Part shown: positions 10,150-24,190 of the stretch, piece after piece
Position numbering within the stretch: the stretch's first letter is position 1
How the letters are laid out: every line of letters starts with the position of its first letter
DNA from: Leucoraja erinacea
Lineage: Eukaryota
DNA length: 64,000 nt
Assembly (NCBI RefSeq): GCF_028641065.1
Contig: NC_073395.1
Coordinates: forward strand, 34,100,001 to 34,164,000
Direction: 5' to 3'
Program-made: the position numbers and the translations under genes
Notes under the pieces: generated by a model
What the model was told of the DNA's origin: nothing
The model's database searches: none
Seen by the model: the letters and a program-made list of their open reading frames with translations, nothing else

Positions 10150-12075
10150 TCTCATTCCTGCTGCTCCCCTGCTGTTCGACCATGTTCTGACCCTGACTCG
10201 ATACTACATCCACGTGTCTTTTCTCAGCACTTACCTTGGCCATCAGCTTGTTCCACATGCTTCCTGCTCCGTTTCCAGGCCTCCCTGTTCAGGCCCGACC
10301 AGGGTCTAAGGTATCTACACTCCTACCGCTTCTCGCAGCATTTCTCCATGCATGGATTATACACTACACTCTACCCTCTCTGCAAGGAATCACCAAACAA
10401 GGGGGAAAGCTGGCAGTGCCCATATTTTGGTCAATGCTTTGTTATACACTGATGTGATGGTATCAGCTCAATTCTGCTATCCTGGCCTGGAATACAGTTT
10501 CTGCAATGTCGTCCCTTTTATCTATCGAAATTCACCTCTACCATCTTGTTGGTGGACTACATCCTATCAGATCTGCTTTCTCGAGAATAAACTCTTGGAA
10601 AGCTGCCGGCCCAAAGATAAGTCCTTGGACAGGTTCTCAAATCGTACACCAATCAACTGGTCAGTCTTCGTCTTCAACTTCCTTTTGAACAATCTTCTGT
10701 CCCTATCTGCTTCTAGAAAACCTCTATCATTCCAGTTTCCAAGAAAAACAAAGTAACCTGTGTCAAAGACTACTTGACCAGTGGTTCAAATAATGACCAT
10801 AATGAAATGCTTTGAAAGACATTAATGGAACAATTATCACCAGTATTCCAGACAATCAAGACCCCTTGCAATTTGCCTACAGGATCAACAGGTCTATGGA
10901 GGACACCATCTCTTTTGCACTGTATTCAGCCCTGGAGCACCTAGTCAATATGAACACCTATGTCAGGATGCTATTGATTACAACTCATCTTTCAACACCA
11001 TGATAACGAATAAACTCATTCCTAAATGTCTGGACGTTGGCATCTCCATCTGTAACTGGCTTCCGAACTACTTGATCAGCAGATCTCAGTTGGTTAGTAT
11101 TGGTCAAACCATTTCTCCACCCTCCCCCTGAATACTGGTGCTCCTCAGGTTATAAACTCAGTCCCTTGCTCTACTCCCTGTACACCACGACTGCCCTGCC
11201 ACAAACAACGCTTACTCGATCTTTAGCTTGCGGATGACAACACTGTTGTCGACAGGATCTATAACCCAATGAGATGAAGTACAGGAAATATTTAAAACCT
11301 AGCATCATAGAGTCAGCACATGCTGTTAAGGTCAGTATGATGGAAGAGTTGGTTGCTGATTTAAGAAAGTGAGCACATCCCTGTCCTCATCAAAAGCAGC
11401 AGCTGTAGAGATGTTCAGGACTTTAAGTTCGTTATCACCAGCTACCCAATCTAGTACCTTCGCACTGATGCAGTGATCAAGGAACGTCAGCGTATTTATT
11501 ATCTTAGGCGTCTGAGAAGATTCAACACATCACCAAGAATTCTCTCAAGCTTCTACAGATGCATTATTGAAAGTATTCTGACTGGATGCATCACAGCCTG
11601 GTATGACAACTGCTCTATTCTTGATGGCCTGAACCTGCAGAAGGTAGTGAACACAGCCAGTCCAGCTCAGGCTCTTTATTTCCTTCTGCCTAGTGTATCT
11701 TCACAGTGCGGTGCATAAGGGAGACTGGAGCTAATATCAAGGGTGTCTGCCACCCTGGCCACTCTCTTTTCTCTCTTCTGCCTTTTGAGAGAAGGATATG
11801 GGGGATTGAAAGCTTGGGTATCCAGACTTAAGTACAGCTTCTTTTCCACTGTTATCCACCCCCTGAACCAATCACCTCCTTCACACTCCATCCCTGGAGT
11901 ACTTTAAACTGAATCTGGGTTCTGTTATTCCATTATTGTGCTTTTATATTTAGAGCACTATGCAGATTTTGCACCATTGTATGTATCATTACTGTTTGTA
12001 TACTGTTTACTTTGTGAGCTTAACGTGAACAAGGAATTTCATGGCACCCTGGCGGAAATGACAATAAACTAATCT
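10150..12075 (+). mobile_element. Degenerate Rex1/Babar-type LINE fragment
   Basis: Remnant RT peptides DPLQFAYRINRSMEDTIS and QRIYYLRRLRRF...FYRCIIESILT; tail gacaataaac; many stops. Confidence 0.75.
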
Positions 12076-12668
12076 GATATTGAGATATATGAAGCCGATA
12101 TTGAGATTGCTGTCTATACACAGTACAGACATTCTGATGACTCAGGCATGCAAACTAGGAAAGTGTCCGATTTAATCGCTATAATCAGAGAGTTATCTCA
12201 ATTCAGCTTGTTAGGAAAGTGGTTCACTACATTCAGTTTGTGAGAGGCAGGGCAATGCCGTCCCTCTGTCTCCCCAGAGACAGCCAGCCGGGTTCTGGTT
12301 CTGATCATGAGCTGTGAATCCTGCTGGAATTGCATAATTGTGGAACTACATCAATTTCCTAATTTGCTGCCTTCAGAGAACCAGGGTGAGTGGAAATTTA
12401 GGAAAACAAATATTAGAGAGAGGTGCTCTTTCTTGCACACTAACAGTACAGAATTTAATTTACAATGCAAGGGCTCAAAACAAAGCTCATCTAAATTCAC
12501 AATGCCATTTTCTGAGGTATTAGAACATAGGAAAATGTAACATATGTTCCTATTTGTTATTAACGTTGCTCATTTTACAGGTAATTTCAACAGGTAAGAA
12601 GATGCCAAATTATATAGCATGAGAGACAACGTGTAGTGATTTCATGAAAAATAAACAGTGCAACTTAC

Positions 12669-12819
12669 CCACTGGTGGCGGGTCTATCCCATTCATCGTC
12701 ACTCAGTGCCACATCATGATAAAGGTTAATGTGCCTGTGGGCGGGTGGATATGTTAGTTTAGCACTTCTCCATTCATGTGCATGAAGGCTATAGCCAGAT
12801 GCTTGATATCCAGAAGGAA
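12669..12819 (-). CDS. GRIP1: GRIP1 exon (PDZ6-7 linker)
   Basis: ttcag|TTCCTT...CAGTGG|gtaagt; PSGYQASGYSLHAHEWRSAK...YHDVALSDDEWDRPATSG, similar to GRIP1 SGYNFNTYDWRSPK...DWDRSTASG; 151 nt, phase 1-2. Confidence 0.9.
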
Positions 12820-14439
12820 CTGAAGAGAAAATATAGGGTGTTGAAGAGTTTCAGAAACACAATCTGTGAATATTTAGCAAATGATTAAAACCCTGTTGAT
12901 ACAATTAGTGGAATTCTGTGAACAGAAACAACCGGGAAGGTAAGAAACAATGGCACGGTGTAATATTTAATCTTAATATTACAGATAGAGACTAGTATCA
13001 CAAGGAAATTCACAAATAGGCCAACATATCTATGGATTAGTAAACGGAATTTTGCAGCAGCAACAACAGCAGTCTGGTCCACACCACCGCTTGCAGTTTA
13101 TTTACTCTGCCGAGCAGTCTAATTTAATTACTGACATAACCTGCCAAGTGCAGAGATGATCATTTTATTTTAGAAATCAGCTGCTATAACAGTCACAAAG
13201 CATGATTCGACATCCCTTTACAAGGTGAAAACTATTAGATTTGCATATTCATTGCAAGCATCATTCAGATTATTTAATATTTTGAAGTCTAGTAAAATCA
13301 TGACAGCAGCACTATTTCCCCAACATTTTACTGTAGTCACATCATCTATCTACAATGAAGCAGAAGGATGTGTTTGTTACCTTTTGGCTGCTGGGATGCA
13401 CATTGTGTGAAGTTACAATAACCTATTTAAATTTGCAAATGTGAATGTCACATTCCAACCCAATATATGTACATGGTAGGATTATGGTACATCTGCACAT
13501 TTTTAGTTATGACTGCCTTTTGGTTGGCAGTAATCAGATTACAAGTGATCATTATGCAGAAAAAAAATTGTTACCATTTATCCACAAAGGAAGAAAGTGT
13601 CCATAATGACAGGAAAGCGCTGAAACGACTACCTGGGTGGGGAGTTAATCAGTCAAAACACATCACATGGTTCACACAATTCTAGAAAAATTAGTCTCCT
13701 CTAAACTAATCTCAGGTTCTTTAAACAGTGATGTTTAACATTAAATGGGTGTGTGTTTTAACGAATAGACTTTTAACCAAATTAATTAATATTAACTTAA
13801 CATATGTGTGTTGTGGTGGGAGAGAGGAATGTAGGAAACAGAGATTTAATTGATTGTTAATACTAATAAATCATTGAAAAAAGGAAGATTACCTGCAACA
13901 AATACATTTACAATAGGTTGTTTTGTTCTTGTAATTCCAGGAATATTTCCACATGTATTGCAAATTACTCTTTGCATAAATTATGTCGAATTTAGGGTTG
14001 CATTTAGCCATGTCATAGATGGAGCTACAAAAATGTTTTTAACTGCAGAAAAGTGCAGTGAAAGTGCACATGGTCAGTTAAATCCATAGTGCAATAACAA
14101 ACATTTTTTTTCCCTATTTTGCAACACATGTAAACACTGGTGGACTTTGGCAATCATTCCCCAAAATATTAACCATGATGTTTAAATTCCAACACTCATT
14201 GCACAATGTTTAAGAAATATCGCTTTTCTCATTTCCAGATGACTGCTTTGAGTTGGTGGATTGGTCCATATTCAAGGAGTCTGCAGCCAACCAAAGTAAA
14301 TATGTCACTGCCATCACACACTGTCGGTGCATGGAGGACTGCGTTCCAAAGAAGTGATTTTGATTGTTCATCCACCAGATACCAAGGATGAACCAGGAGA
14401 TTCACTCTCTAGTGAAATCCAAGTCTGTGGCATTTCCAA

Positions 14440-14760
14440 TTTAGTTTAGAGATACAGCGCGAAAACAGACCCTTCGATCCACCGAGTCCGCACCGACCAG
14501 CGACCGGTGATCTAGCACTAACACTATCCTACACACATGAGGGACAATTTTACATTTACACCAAACCAATTAACATACAAACCTGTACGTCTCTGGAGTG
14601 TGGGAGGAAACCAAAGAAATTATTGACAAAACCCACGTGGCCACGAGGAGAAGGTACACACTCCGTATAGACGGCTCCTGTTGATGGGGTCGAACCCGGG
14701 TCTCCGGCGCCACAAGTGCAGTAAGGCAGCAACTCTATCGTTGCACCACAGTGCCGCCCC
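14440..14760 (-). mobile_element. tRNA-derived SINE (V-SINE/HE1-like)
   Basis: tRNA-like head with B box GGTTCGACCC, core ggtttcctcccacactcc, (AAACT)n tail; several related copies in the window. Confidence 0.8.
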
Positions 14761-14769
14761 GACAAGAAA

Positions 14770-16090
14770 TCTAGGAACAATCTTCACAAGGCCATCAAGG
14801 ATGCCAAGAGAAATTTCAGGACAAGCTAGGGTCTAAAAATAACTACACGGAGACCCATTGATTGTAGCATGGCTTGCATGCTACAACGACCTACAAAGTG
14901 AAGTCAGGCATTACCGCTGGCAACAAGGCATCCCTCCTCAACAAGCTCATTGCTTTTATGCTTCTTCAGAACAGAAGGTCAATGGCTTTACCTGTCCAAC
15001 AGTCTCAGGTGCATCCTCACCCAGGGTCAGCTTTGCGGCCTTCCTGAGAGTGAATCTGCGGAAAGCAACTGGTCCAGATGGATGGAGCCACTGAATTAGT
15101 CCTCAGAACCTGTATGGACAAGCTGGCAGCAGTACTGACAGTCATTTTTAACCTCACCCTACTCCATTCCGAGATTCCCACACTTTAAGAAGGCCGCTAT
15201 CTTCCTGGTGCCAAAGAAAAGCAAGGTAGCATTATTTAATTATTACCATCTAGTGCCCCTGCAACCTCATGAGATACTGTGAGAGGCTGGTCATTGCACA
15301 CATAGTCTCCAGCCTCAGACTGCCTTTGCAATTCGCTTACGGTGAAATACCATCTTCCTGGCCCTACACAACGTGGATTATAAGGACACCCGTGTCAGAC
15401 ACTCATTTATTGACGACATCTCTGCCTTCAACATCGTAATTCCAACAAAACTCATCTCCAAACGTGGACCTGGGAGTCAGCACTCCACTCTGTAAGTGGA
15501 TCCTTGACCTTGCCATCAGGCAGCAATCTATAAAGATCCTCCTTGAAAATTCTCAACACTTACTATAATCCCAATACGTTGTGCAGCCAAATATTGCTCT
15601 AACTACAAAAAATAAAGAGGTGGCAGAAACCGGTGGGTCAGGCAGCACCTGTGGAGGGAATGGACAGGTGACTTTGTGTTGGGATTCTTCCTCGGACCGA
15701 TCTAACTGATCATTCAGATCTAATTATAATTACATGCTTGCAGCTGGGCCGGATCTCAAACAATGATGAGCTGGAGTAATTGACAGAGATAAAGAGCTTA
15801 GTAACATCGTGTCAAGACAACAACCTCTACAGCACAAATGAAGGAGCCAGCTATTGACTACAGGAAGTGGGGTGGGGAACACATCCAAGTCTGCATCAAT
15901 GTGGCTGAAGTGGAGGTGATCGAGAGCTTCAGGTTCCTCAGTGTAAATATCACCAACAATCTGGCCTGGTCCTACCACATTAATGATATGGTTTAAAAAA
16001 AAGCGAATGGCTCTTCCTCAAAAGGCTAAGAAAATGTGGCAGGTCTCCAATGACTCTTGTTGAAAGCATTTTATCGGATAGCATAAAATG
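14770..16090 (+). mobile_element. Degenerate Rex1/Babar LINE fragment
   Basis: Remnants such as RVNLRKATGPDG; interrupted by a Penelope-type fragment at about 15605-15700. Confidence 0.65.
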
Positions 16091-16134
16091 GACAAGGATT
16101 ACAAGTTCTAGTGAGCTGTGATCACAACCCCCTT

Positions 16135-16333
16135 GTGGACATTTTTCAACGTTGAAAAAACGTCCCGACTTACCTGATACCCCGAGTTCCTACGGCTGGC
16201 ATTACAAGCCGTTACAAAACATCTATGGACTCCTACGGACTCGCTACTGACATTCCCCGACATTCCCTGAGTTCGAATCAAGGGGAAAACTCGGGAGAGT
16301 TTGTGAGTAACTCTGGAATGTGGGACAGGGCCT
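16135..16333. mobile_element. Truncated Harbinger-type MITE (right end only)
   Basis: Ends gtgggacagggcct followed by tta; shares the ttttcaacgttgaaaa core with the other MITEs. Confidence 0.55.
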
Positions 16334-16439
16334 TTAATATCTGCCTTTATCACAAGTGGCAAGAATTCCACACTTGTATTTCCTTAAAGTAAGGACAAGT
16401 TGATTTCAAATCACAGATCAGCTTCACAATCTAACTCAA

Positions 16440-18020
16440 ATCAATGCATAACTTTGTTAGAGTTATACAGCACAGAAACAGCCCCCACTTGTCCCAATTC
16501 CTCCATGCCGACCAAACATCTATCCGAGTGAGTCATCTTTCCCAGTGTTTGCTTCACATCTCTCTGAAGGGCCTGTCCCACTAAGGCGATCTTATTGGCG
16601 AGTTTCGGAGAGTCTGCGCTCGCCATAAACTCGCAGCATGGTCGACACATGGTCGTAGGTGGTCACTGGTAAGTCTCCTTCCTGGTCCAGAGGAGTTCCT
16701 GCATAGTGGCTACTACTCGCAGATTCAGTTTGGTCGAGGAAAATTTTTCAACAAGCTGAAAATCTTTCTGCGAGTAAAAACTGGTCAGCATGGAGCAAAT
16801 CGATACTTTTGAAGTTGTAATGCAGTGGTAGTGGGGTCGCCATGTTGTAGGTAGTCGCGGTAGCTGTAGGTAATCTCCTTTGCTGACCGGGCATTTTAAA
16901 TGGCTCATTGGGGGAAAAAATACGTAAGCACGAATTTTCAGAACCAAGGAAAACCGACCAGTAATGTTAAATGCCCGCTAAACTTCACAGCTGTGTATCT
17001 GGCTTATTAAAGTTGGCTGGCTTCTTAAAAGTGTCTCCACTCTTTCTGCTCCCTTCTCTCCTCTTCTCCTCCTTTAAAATAGTTACCGTACACTGTGCCA
17101 GCCATGTGTGTGTGTGTGTCTGTGTCTGTGTCTGTGTAGCGCTGACGGTCGATCCAGCTCGCGGTCGATCAGGCGAGTGCCCCTGAGCTTGAAGGTCGCA
17201 GACAGTTTGCTGAAAAGTCATGTAAGTGGGACAGGCCCTTAAAACTGCACTTGTCTCAACGTCATTTGAACATTGTACATATACCCAGCATCCTGAGCTC
17301 TTGGGAAAAACACCCCAGCCCATGCAATATTTCCTTATAACTCAAACCCTCCAGTTCCAGTAACACCCTTGTGAAACTTTTCCCAACCCTTTCCAGCTTA
17401 ATGACGTCCTTCTTGTAGCTTGGTGATCGGAATTGCACATACTTTTCCAACTGTGATCTCACCCAACATCTTGTACAGTTGTAACACGATGTCCCAACAA
17501 CCTGCACTCTAAGGCCTAACTAATGAAGGTAAGCATGCCAAATGCCAAATACCTTCTTCATCACTTTGTTTACTGTCACCACTTTCAGGGGACTATGTTC
17601 TTGTTCCCCAAGTCCCTCTATTCTACCACACTCTCCAGAGCTCCACCATTTACTGTGCAAGACCTGCCCTGATTTAATGCAACACTCACACTTGTTCAAG
17701 TTAAATTCCACCTATTTTTCCCTGACCGACTTTCCCATTTAATCTTTGTCCTGCAGGAATCAAATAGCCTTCCTCGTTATCCACTGTACCCACCAATTTT
17801 GCTGTCATTTGCCAACTACACCCTCATCCAAACCACTAATATAGATTATGGACAACAGTGGAGCTAGCACTGATACCTGCAGCACACTGCCGGTTATCAG
17901 CTTCCAATCTGATAAACAATTCTCCACTCCCACCTCCTGATTCACACCACCAAGCCAATGTTGTGTTTACGTTGCTAGATCAACCTGGATTCCATGTGAT
18001 CTAATCTTCTGGATCAGCCG
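16440..18020 (-). mobile_element. Old CR1 LINE fragment, interrupted by a MITE
   Basis: Degenerate CR1 RT peptides (VRSQLEKYVQFRSPSYKKDVIKLERV; MEFNLNKCE). Confidence 0.7.
16568..17239. mobile_element. PIF/Harbinger-type MITE
   Basis: TIR AGGGCCTGTCCCAC / GTGGGACAGGCCCT; flanks TGA / TAA. Confidence 0.8.
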
Positions 18021-20279
18021 AGTGTGAAGGACCATGTCACAAGTTTTTTGTTCCTGTATTTGGATTTATTTGCACTTTTGAGACGCAGGGTTGATGTTCA
18101 CGATTGACTGAAATTACTGGAATTGGCTGTGATGATCAATGTTAATTGAATTTTCTGCACCACAAATACCTCAAAAACCCAGAAATTAATCAAAAACAAA
18201 AATGTAAAAACTCAAGCTTTCCTCATCAAGATATCCTGTGAGGTTCAAGATTCATAAAATTGACTCACAATCATAAAATTTAATTTTTAAGTTAACATTG
18301 TTCATCACCATACCTGCATATTTATGAAGTATCATCACATGTGTTTCTATTTCAGTGGATGGATTGTTTACACCTTGTCAAGGTTAGGCCAAGCCTATGT
18401 TCAGCAATTCCATTTCTCAGACAAGCAAACAAATGGGGCAGTAGGTAGAGATGGAATTCAGATCAGTATTTCCGTTCAAATAGCAGTTCAAAATAGTGAA
18501 TGTGCTCCATCTCCCACAATATTGGCTCATATTTAAACAGTAACTGCTCCCCTGCATCTTAAATGAACCTAGGCTCAAGCAGCTTTCTGTTTAAATAGCG
18601 TGCATTTATATCTTCTGTGCTGATGGGCTGTGATAAAACTGGGAGGCTTGGCTCTATTTTTATCACGCTGGAGATGTTTAATCAGCCTAGTTTACTATGG
18701 AGCTTCATAGGATCCACTTAACTTGAGACACTGACACATTAATGTAGATTTTGATGTTCTTGGAATATAGCTCATTGATGTGATTACTGATAACCTGAGG
18801 GTAACTAACCACTGTAAGATAAGAAACAACCACATTCATTGCACCTGTCATTTTTATGGGGCGTACATTTGATTTATGGAACTATTTAATTTGAGCTCAA
18901 CTAGAAAAGTAAAACCTCGTGATTCCTGAGGTAACTTGGTTATAACTATCAACCAGCCAACCAGGTCCATATATCTTTGTCTATAAATTCATTTGAATCA
19001 AATCAGATATTATTGTTGCTTCAATTTTAATTTATTGAATGGGAATTTCTCTAATTTTTGATGTACCTGGGGCCGGTAAAGTTTCTTGTTACAATTACAT
19101 ATCTGATAAAATGTCATCAATCATAAGCTGCAAGGATTTGTTAATGTTTAATTAATTCTGGAAAATTAACTCACTTGAGTCATGTGTACTTACACATGAA
19201 ACAATTATTTTGTTGCCAGCAGTTTTGAGAAGATTTTTCATAGTTTCCGTGCAAGCTTTAAATGACAGAGATTCCAGTAAGTTTCACACGAAGATAGATG
19301 TGATAATTTCTGCCTTGTTAATGCACTTTCAATTGTCTTATTCATTTCACTTCCAATTGATATGCCTCATGTCACTTTGCCAAATGGTGTGGGGAATATG
19401 CCCTGAGAAAATATTTTAATCGTCAAAATGGAACTAATGGAAACGTCCTGGCAAAGGGCTAAAGCTAATTAATTAGTATGCCTTATAGAAACATTTTTTT
19501 TTAACCAGTTGTAAATGTGGAGCCTTCAATACCACATGCCTGGAGGCAGCTCCCCATGGGAGGACTTAAGTTTGTCCTTGTTTTTCTGGACATGAAAAAA
19601 TAAATAGGAGAATAAACAAGCAGCCTAATATGCAGCTGGATGTCATCAAGTATTTATAGTAATCCCACTGACAAAAAATACAGATTGCATCTTCCAGTTC
19701 AAAGGTTTCAAAGGTCTTTTATTGTAACGTGTACCAATTAAGGTACAGTGATATTTGAATTATTCATATTTCGAGAAGTGTCCCCTTAGAACACAGTCCA
19801 CCTTTAATACCCCACTGAGATCTGCTAATGCATGTTCATGCACACACGATACCATCGTACACCGGCAGTTTCGACAATTAACTAATTTGCGAGCCTGAGT
19901 AATAACCATTGCTCATTTTGTCAACTTTTGCAATTCAATAGTAAATAGCCACTGTTTAACCCCCACTTTATGACAATGACAATTTGAGTTGAAGCATTAA
20001 AAACTCATCCAACACCATCATTGCTATCCTGCTTTGTGAGGAGTTAGAATCGTGTTTTTGTTCATGTTTTACAGAATGCTTCTCTTCATAACTTACTGAT
20101 TACTCTGGGAACCTCAAGTCCCAGTTTAATATCTTGTATTTGGAAACAAAAATCAGTTAATTCTCAGTAATTTAGCGAAGCTCTCTGTACAATTTCAATG
20201 GCGGGATGTATTCCCATCTCGTAAGGTGTTGATTCATATCTATTCATGTTCTAAGTTCCATAAATGTAGAGAAGGCTAA

Positions 20280-20835
20280 AGGGCCTGTCCCACTTGGACA
20301 ACCTAATCCACGAGTTTAGAAGACCCTATATGAGTTGGAAAAAAATGTCAAGGTCGTGTCGACTCGCCGAAGTGAAAGACCTCCTGTAGACCTTCCACGA
20401 CTATGTCTATGACCTCCTATGACTATGTCTACGACTTCCTACGACCCCCCTCAACCTCAGTCTTCCACACCTAAGACCAACTACGACTATCTACGAGTGG
20501 AAAATGATCACATGATAAAATTGTCATGTTTGCATTTTTTTTTCTCGGGCCAGTCACCTACCTACGACTGCCATCACGACCTACTATGACCTACCTACGA
20601 GTAAAAAGTATACATTTTTTCCATGCTGACCCTTTTTTTACTCGTGAATATTTTTTATCAGGCTGGAAAAACCAACGCAACCTATTTGAGGCCACGAGTA
20701 CGCGGAGACCACTCACGAGCATGAGGAAGAGTTACGAAGACCTCCTACGACCTCGTGGCGACCATGCTGCGAGTACGAGTCAAGGGCAAACTCGGCAGAG
20801 GTCGCCAATTAGGTCGTGAAAGTGGGACAGGGGCT
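20280..20835. mobile_element. PIF/Harbinger-type MITE
   Basis: Same TIR (right end degenerate); internal CTACGA-like short repeats. Confidence 0.8.
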
Positions 20836-22170
20836 GAACAGATACTGGATGACCACTTCCACATTGCCAAACATGTCACAAAGTGCCAACTATTCCCTGT
20901 GCAATGTAACAGCAATGAGATAAACACTGGAGACCCTTCAGTTTTAAACACAAATTTGAATCACTGAGAAGATGTTAGTGTTAGTTTTGTGCCTTCACAC
21001 TCTTCTTTTAGAAAACGGTGAGGAGTATTTGATTAATTAGCAGACTGTTTACTGGTTGTGATAGACTGATTGGTTGCAACATTGCCAAGTCAATGGATAT
21101 TGTTAAAGCAGAGATAGATGGATTCTTGATTAAATACGGATGCCAGGGGTTATGGGGAGAAGGCAGGAGAATGGGGTTAGGAGGAAGGGATAAAACAATG
21201 GTTTCTCATCCTCTGGGGCAGGTGAATATTTTGGGTTCTGGCAACACAAACAATCTGTTGGGCTGACACAAGTATCCCCTAGGATTGATTAGCTAGAATT
21301 CATAGGCAGAGCTCACCAAAACCCTGAAGAACAGGATTTCCTGACGTTGTGAGTTGTCATGATAAGAGGATGTGCAGTAAACTATTATTTTCACAGTTCA
21401 ACAGTGATTGATAGGACAGATGCAGCCATATTGCTGTACACCAAGATGAACTGGAGCAGCTCTGAGAGCATATCATCACCATCTGACAACAATAATATGA
21501 TGACAGACTTGATGTGTCTGTGGATTTCAATGTAAACCTCCTTGTTTTGGTGCAACTCCCAACTAAATCATGTATTATAACTGTTTCAGTCTGTGGTTGT
21601 GTAAAAATTGCTCACCCTTTCAGGTCTGGACCATTGGATGTTTTGGAAGGAAGTGCATTCAGAGCTTGTAACATTTCATTATAGGCAGGTCGAAGTTCAA
21701 TATCAGGCCAGAATCCACCCATTTTGAAGATGTTCTGAAGGTTCTGCAATCTAATCTGACCGGAAGAGTGCTTTTCTATGCAGTTGATATTAGTGTCCAA
21801 GTTTAAAAATTACAGTTTACATATTTTTGTATATTTGTGTTACGCGTACAAGCCACATTTTAATGCTGATGTAAAACCAAGCAAATTGAATCACTTTTCT
21901 GACGTTTGGAGGATGCAATCTATTCATAGTAGTAGAAGTCAGGACCCAGAGTTGCGATGGGAATATGAGAAAAACAATTCCACCAATTGTAGCAAGATAC
22001 AGTAACATCACGCAAGAAGGAATATTGAAGTAATTGAGCCATACATCACGGAAACAGGCCCTTCGGCCCAACGCTTTCATGCCAACTAAGATGCTCCATC
22101 TTAGCCAGTCCAATTTGCCCCATATTCCTCTCAACCTTTCCTATCCATATACCTGTCTAAGTGTCTTTAA

Positions 22171-22533
22171 AACATAGAAACATAGAAATTAGGTGCAGGA
22201 GTAGGCCATTCGGCCCTTCGAGCCTGCACCGCCATTCAATATGATCATGGCTGATCATCCAACTCAGTATCCCGTACCTGCCTTCTCTCCATACCCCCTG
22301 ATCCCCTTAGCCACAAGGGCCACATCTAACTCCCTCTTAAATATAGCCAATGAACTGGCCTCAACTACCCTCTGTGGCAGAGAGTTCCAGAGATTTATCA
22401 CTCTCTGTGTGAAAAAAGTTCTTCTCATCTCGGTTCTAAAGGATTTCCCCCTTATCCTTAAGCTGTGACCCCTTGTCCTGGACTTCCCCAACATCGGGAA
22501 CAATCTTCCTGCATCTAGCCTGTCCAACCCCTC
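22171..22533 (-). mobile_element. Young CR1 LINE 3' end inserted in an older CR1 (about 22030-22655)
   Basis: (TTTCTATG)n tail; C-terminal peptide ...KGIRGYGEKAGTGY, nearly identical to the copies at 24539 and 62030. Confidence 0.85.
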
Positions 22534-23860
22534 AAGTACTGTATCAGTGCCTGCCTCAACTACCTCTTCTGGCAGCTTATTCCATACACCCACCACTGTC
22601 TGTGAAGAGGTTTCCCCTCAGGTTCCTATTAAATCCTACCCCCCTCACCTTGAGATGAAGAAGCTAGTAGGCATAATATGATAGAATTCAACCAGCAATG
22701 TGGCAGAAATTCAAGAGTCAGGGGGCAGAAGTGAGTGCACAGCTTACCATTGAAACCTAATGAAAGGCCAAGATGGAGTGGATGTGGAAAGGATGTTTCC
22801 AGTAGTGGGGGAGTCTAGGACCAGAGGGCACAGGCTCAGAATAAAAGAACATATCTTTAGAGTGGAGATGAGCAGGTATTACTTTAGCCAGAAGCTGATG
22901 AATCTGTGGAATTCATTGGCACAGACAACAGTGGAGGCCAAGTAATTTGTGGCCATTGTAGCTAGATGAAAGGTGCAACGATAGGCAGGATGAAGAGAAT
23001 ATCTTCGATAGAGTTAGCTACAGTATGAGGTCAGCTTTGCCATGGGGTGAATGAGGTAATCTATTCAATGTGTTAGCAGGGACAGTTGGAGTGACCATTC
23101 ATAAAAGCAATGAACTGATGGCAGTTAAAGAAAAGGAACGTAGACCTAGAAATGTGAAAGTTGGGAAATCCAGGGCTGCAGACCATGTCTAACAGGAGAG
23201 TCTATGCTAGTGGGCGGAGAAAAAGCCGAGCCAATCTTACAGTTAAAGCACACTAGCTGCAGTTCTAGAATTGAATATTGAACTGAGAAGGTTGCAATGC
23301 ACCCAGATGGATGATGTCATGTTAACAGGTGCAGGAAGCCACAGATACATAGATCAAGATGGGAGCAGAATTAGGTACAGAAATCTATTTGGTATTATAG
23401 GTCTGCAAATGGTTTGCAAAAATATTTATTTTGCAAACGTATCCACTGCTTAAGCTGCAGTTTTCGAATTTTTGACTCGAATGCACAGATCTGATCATAG
23501 ATCATTTCACCCAATTTGTTTTCAGGAATTTAATTAAAAATGATCTCCAATTAGATAAAGCCAGTGAATCACCCATGAGCTAGGCTGGAGTTAAGATTCA
23601 ATCAGCGTGTTCCTTTGAGATCACAGCTGAAAATAGGTTATGAATAAATAACTGAAGACAATAAGAGGGCAGATTTCATTCTGAGTAAATAGAAACAAAG
23701 TAATAGGTGCAGGGGTAGGCCATTTGGCCCTTCGAGCCATTCGGTGCTGGCAATTTTCACCGCAGAACCCAGATTTTAGGGCTAAAGGAATCAAGGGATA
23801 TGGGGTAAAAGCAGGAACGGGTACTGATTTTAGATGATCAGCCATGATCATATTGAATGG

Positions 23861-24066
23861 CAATTTTACATTTACACCAAGACAATTAACCTACAAATCT
23901 GTACACCTTTGGAGTGTGGGAGGAAACCAAAGATCTCAGAGAAAACCCACGCAGGTCACGGGGTGAGCATCAATTCTCCGTACAGACAAGCACCTGTAGT
24001 CAGGATTGAACCCAGGACTCTGGCGCTGTAAGGCAGTAGCTTTACCGCTATGCCACAGTGCCGCCC
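23861..24066 (-). mobile_element. tRNA-derived SINE (5' part)
   Basis: gggcggcactgtggcatagcggt head, GGTTCAATCC B box, V-SINE-like core. Confidence 0.75.
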
Positions 24067-24190
24067 AGTTGCTAAGATCTTCTCCCTGAAGCATCCATGT
24101 GAGCATACCAAAATTAGAAACACCACAAGAGCAGCTGTTGCATTCAGCCTACCCCAACAAGTTTTCAAGCCAACAACATAGAGATATCTA

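Noticed and set aside
14680-14760. tRNA gene
   Set aside because: It is the tRNA-derived head of a multi-copy SINE, with no complete cloverleaf
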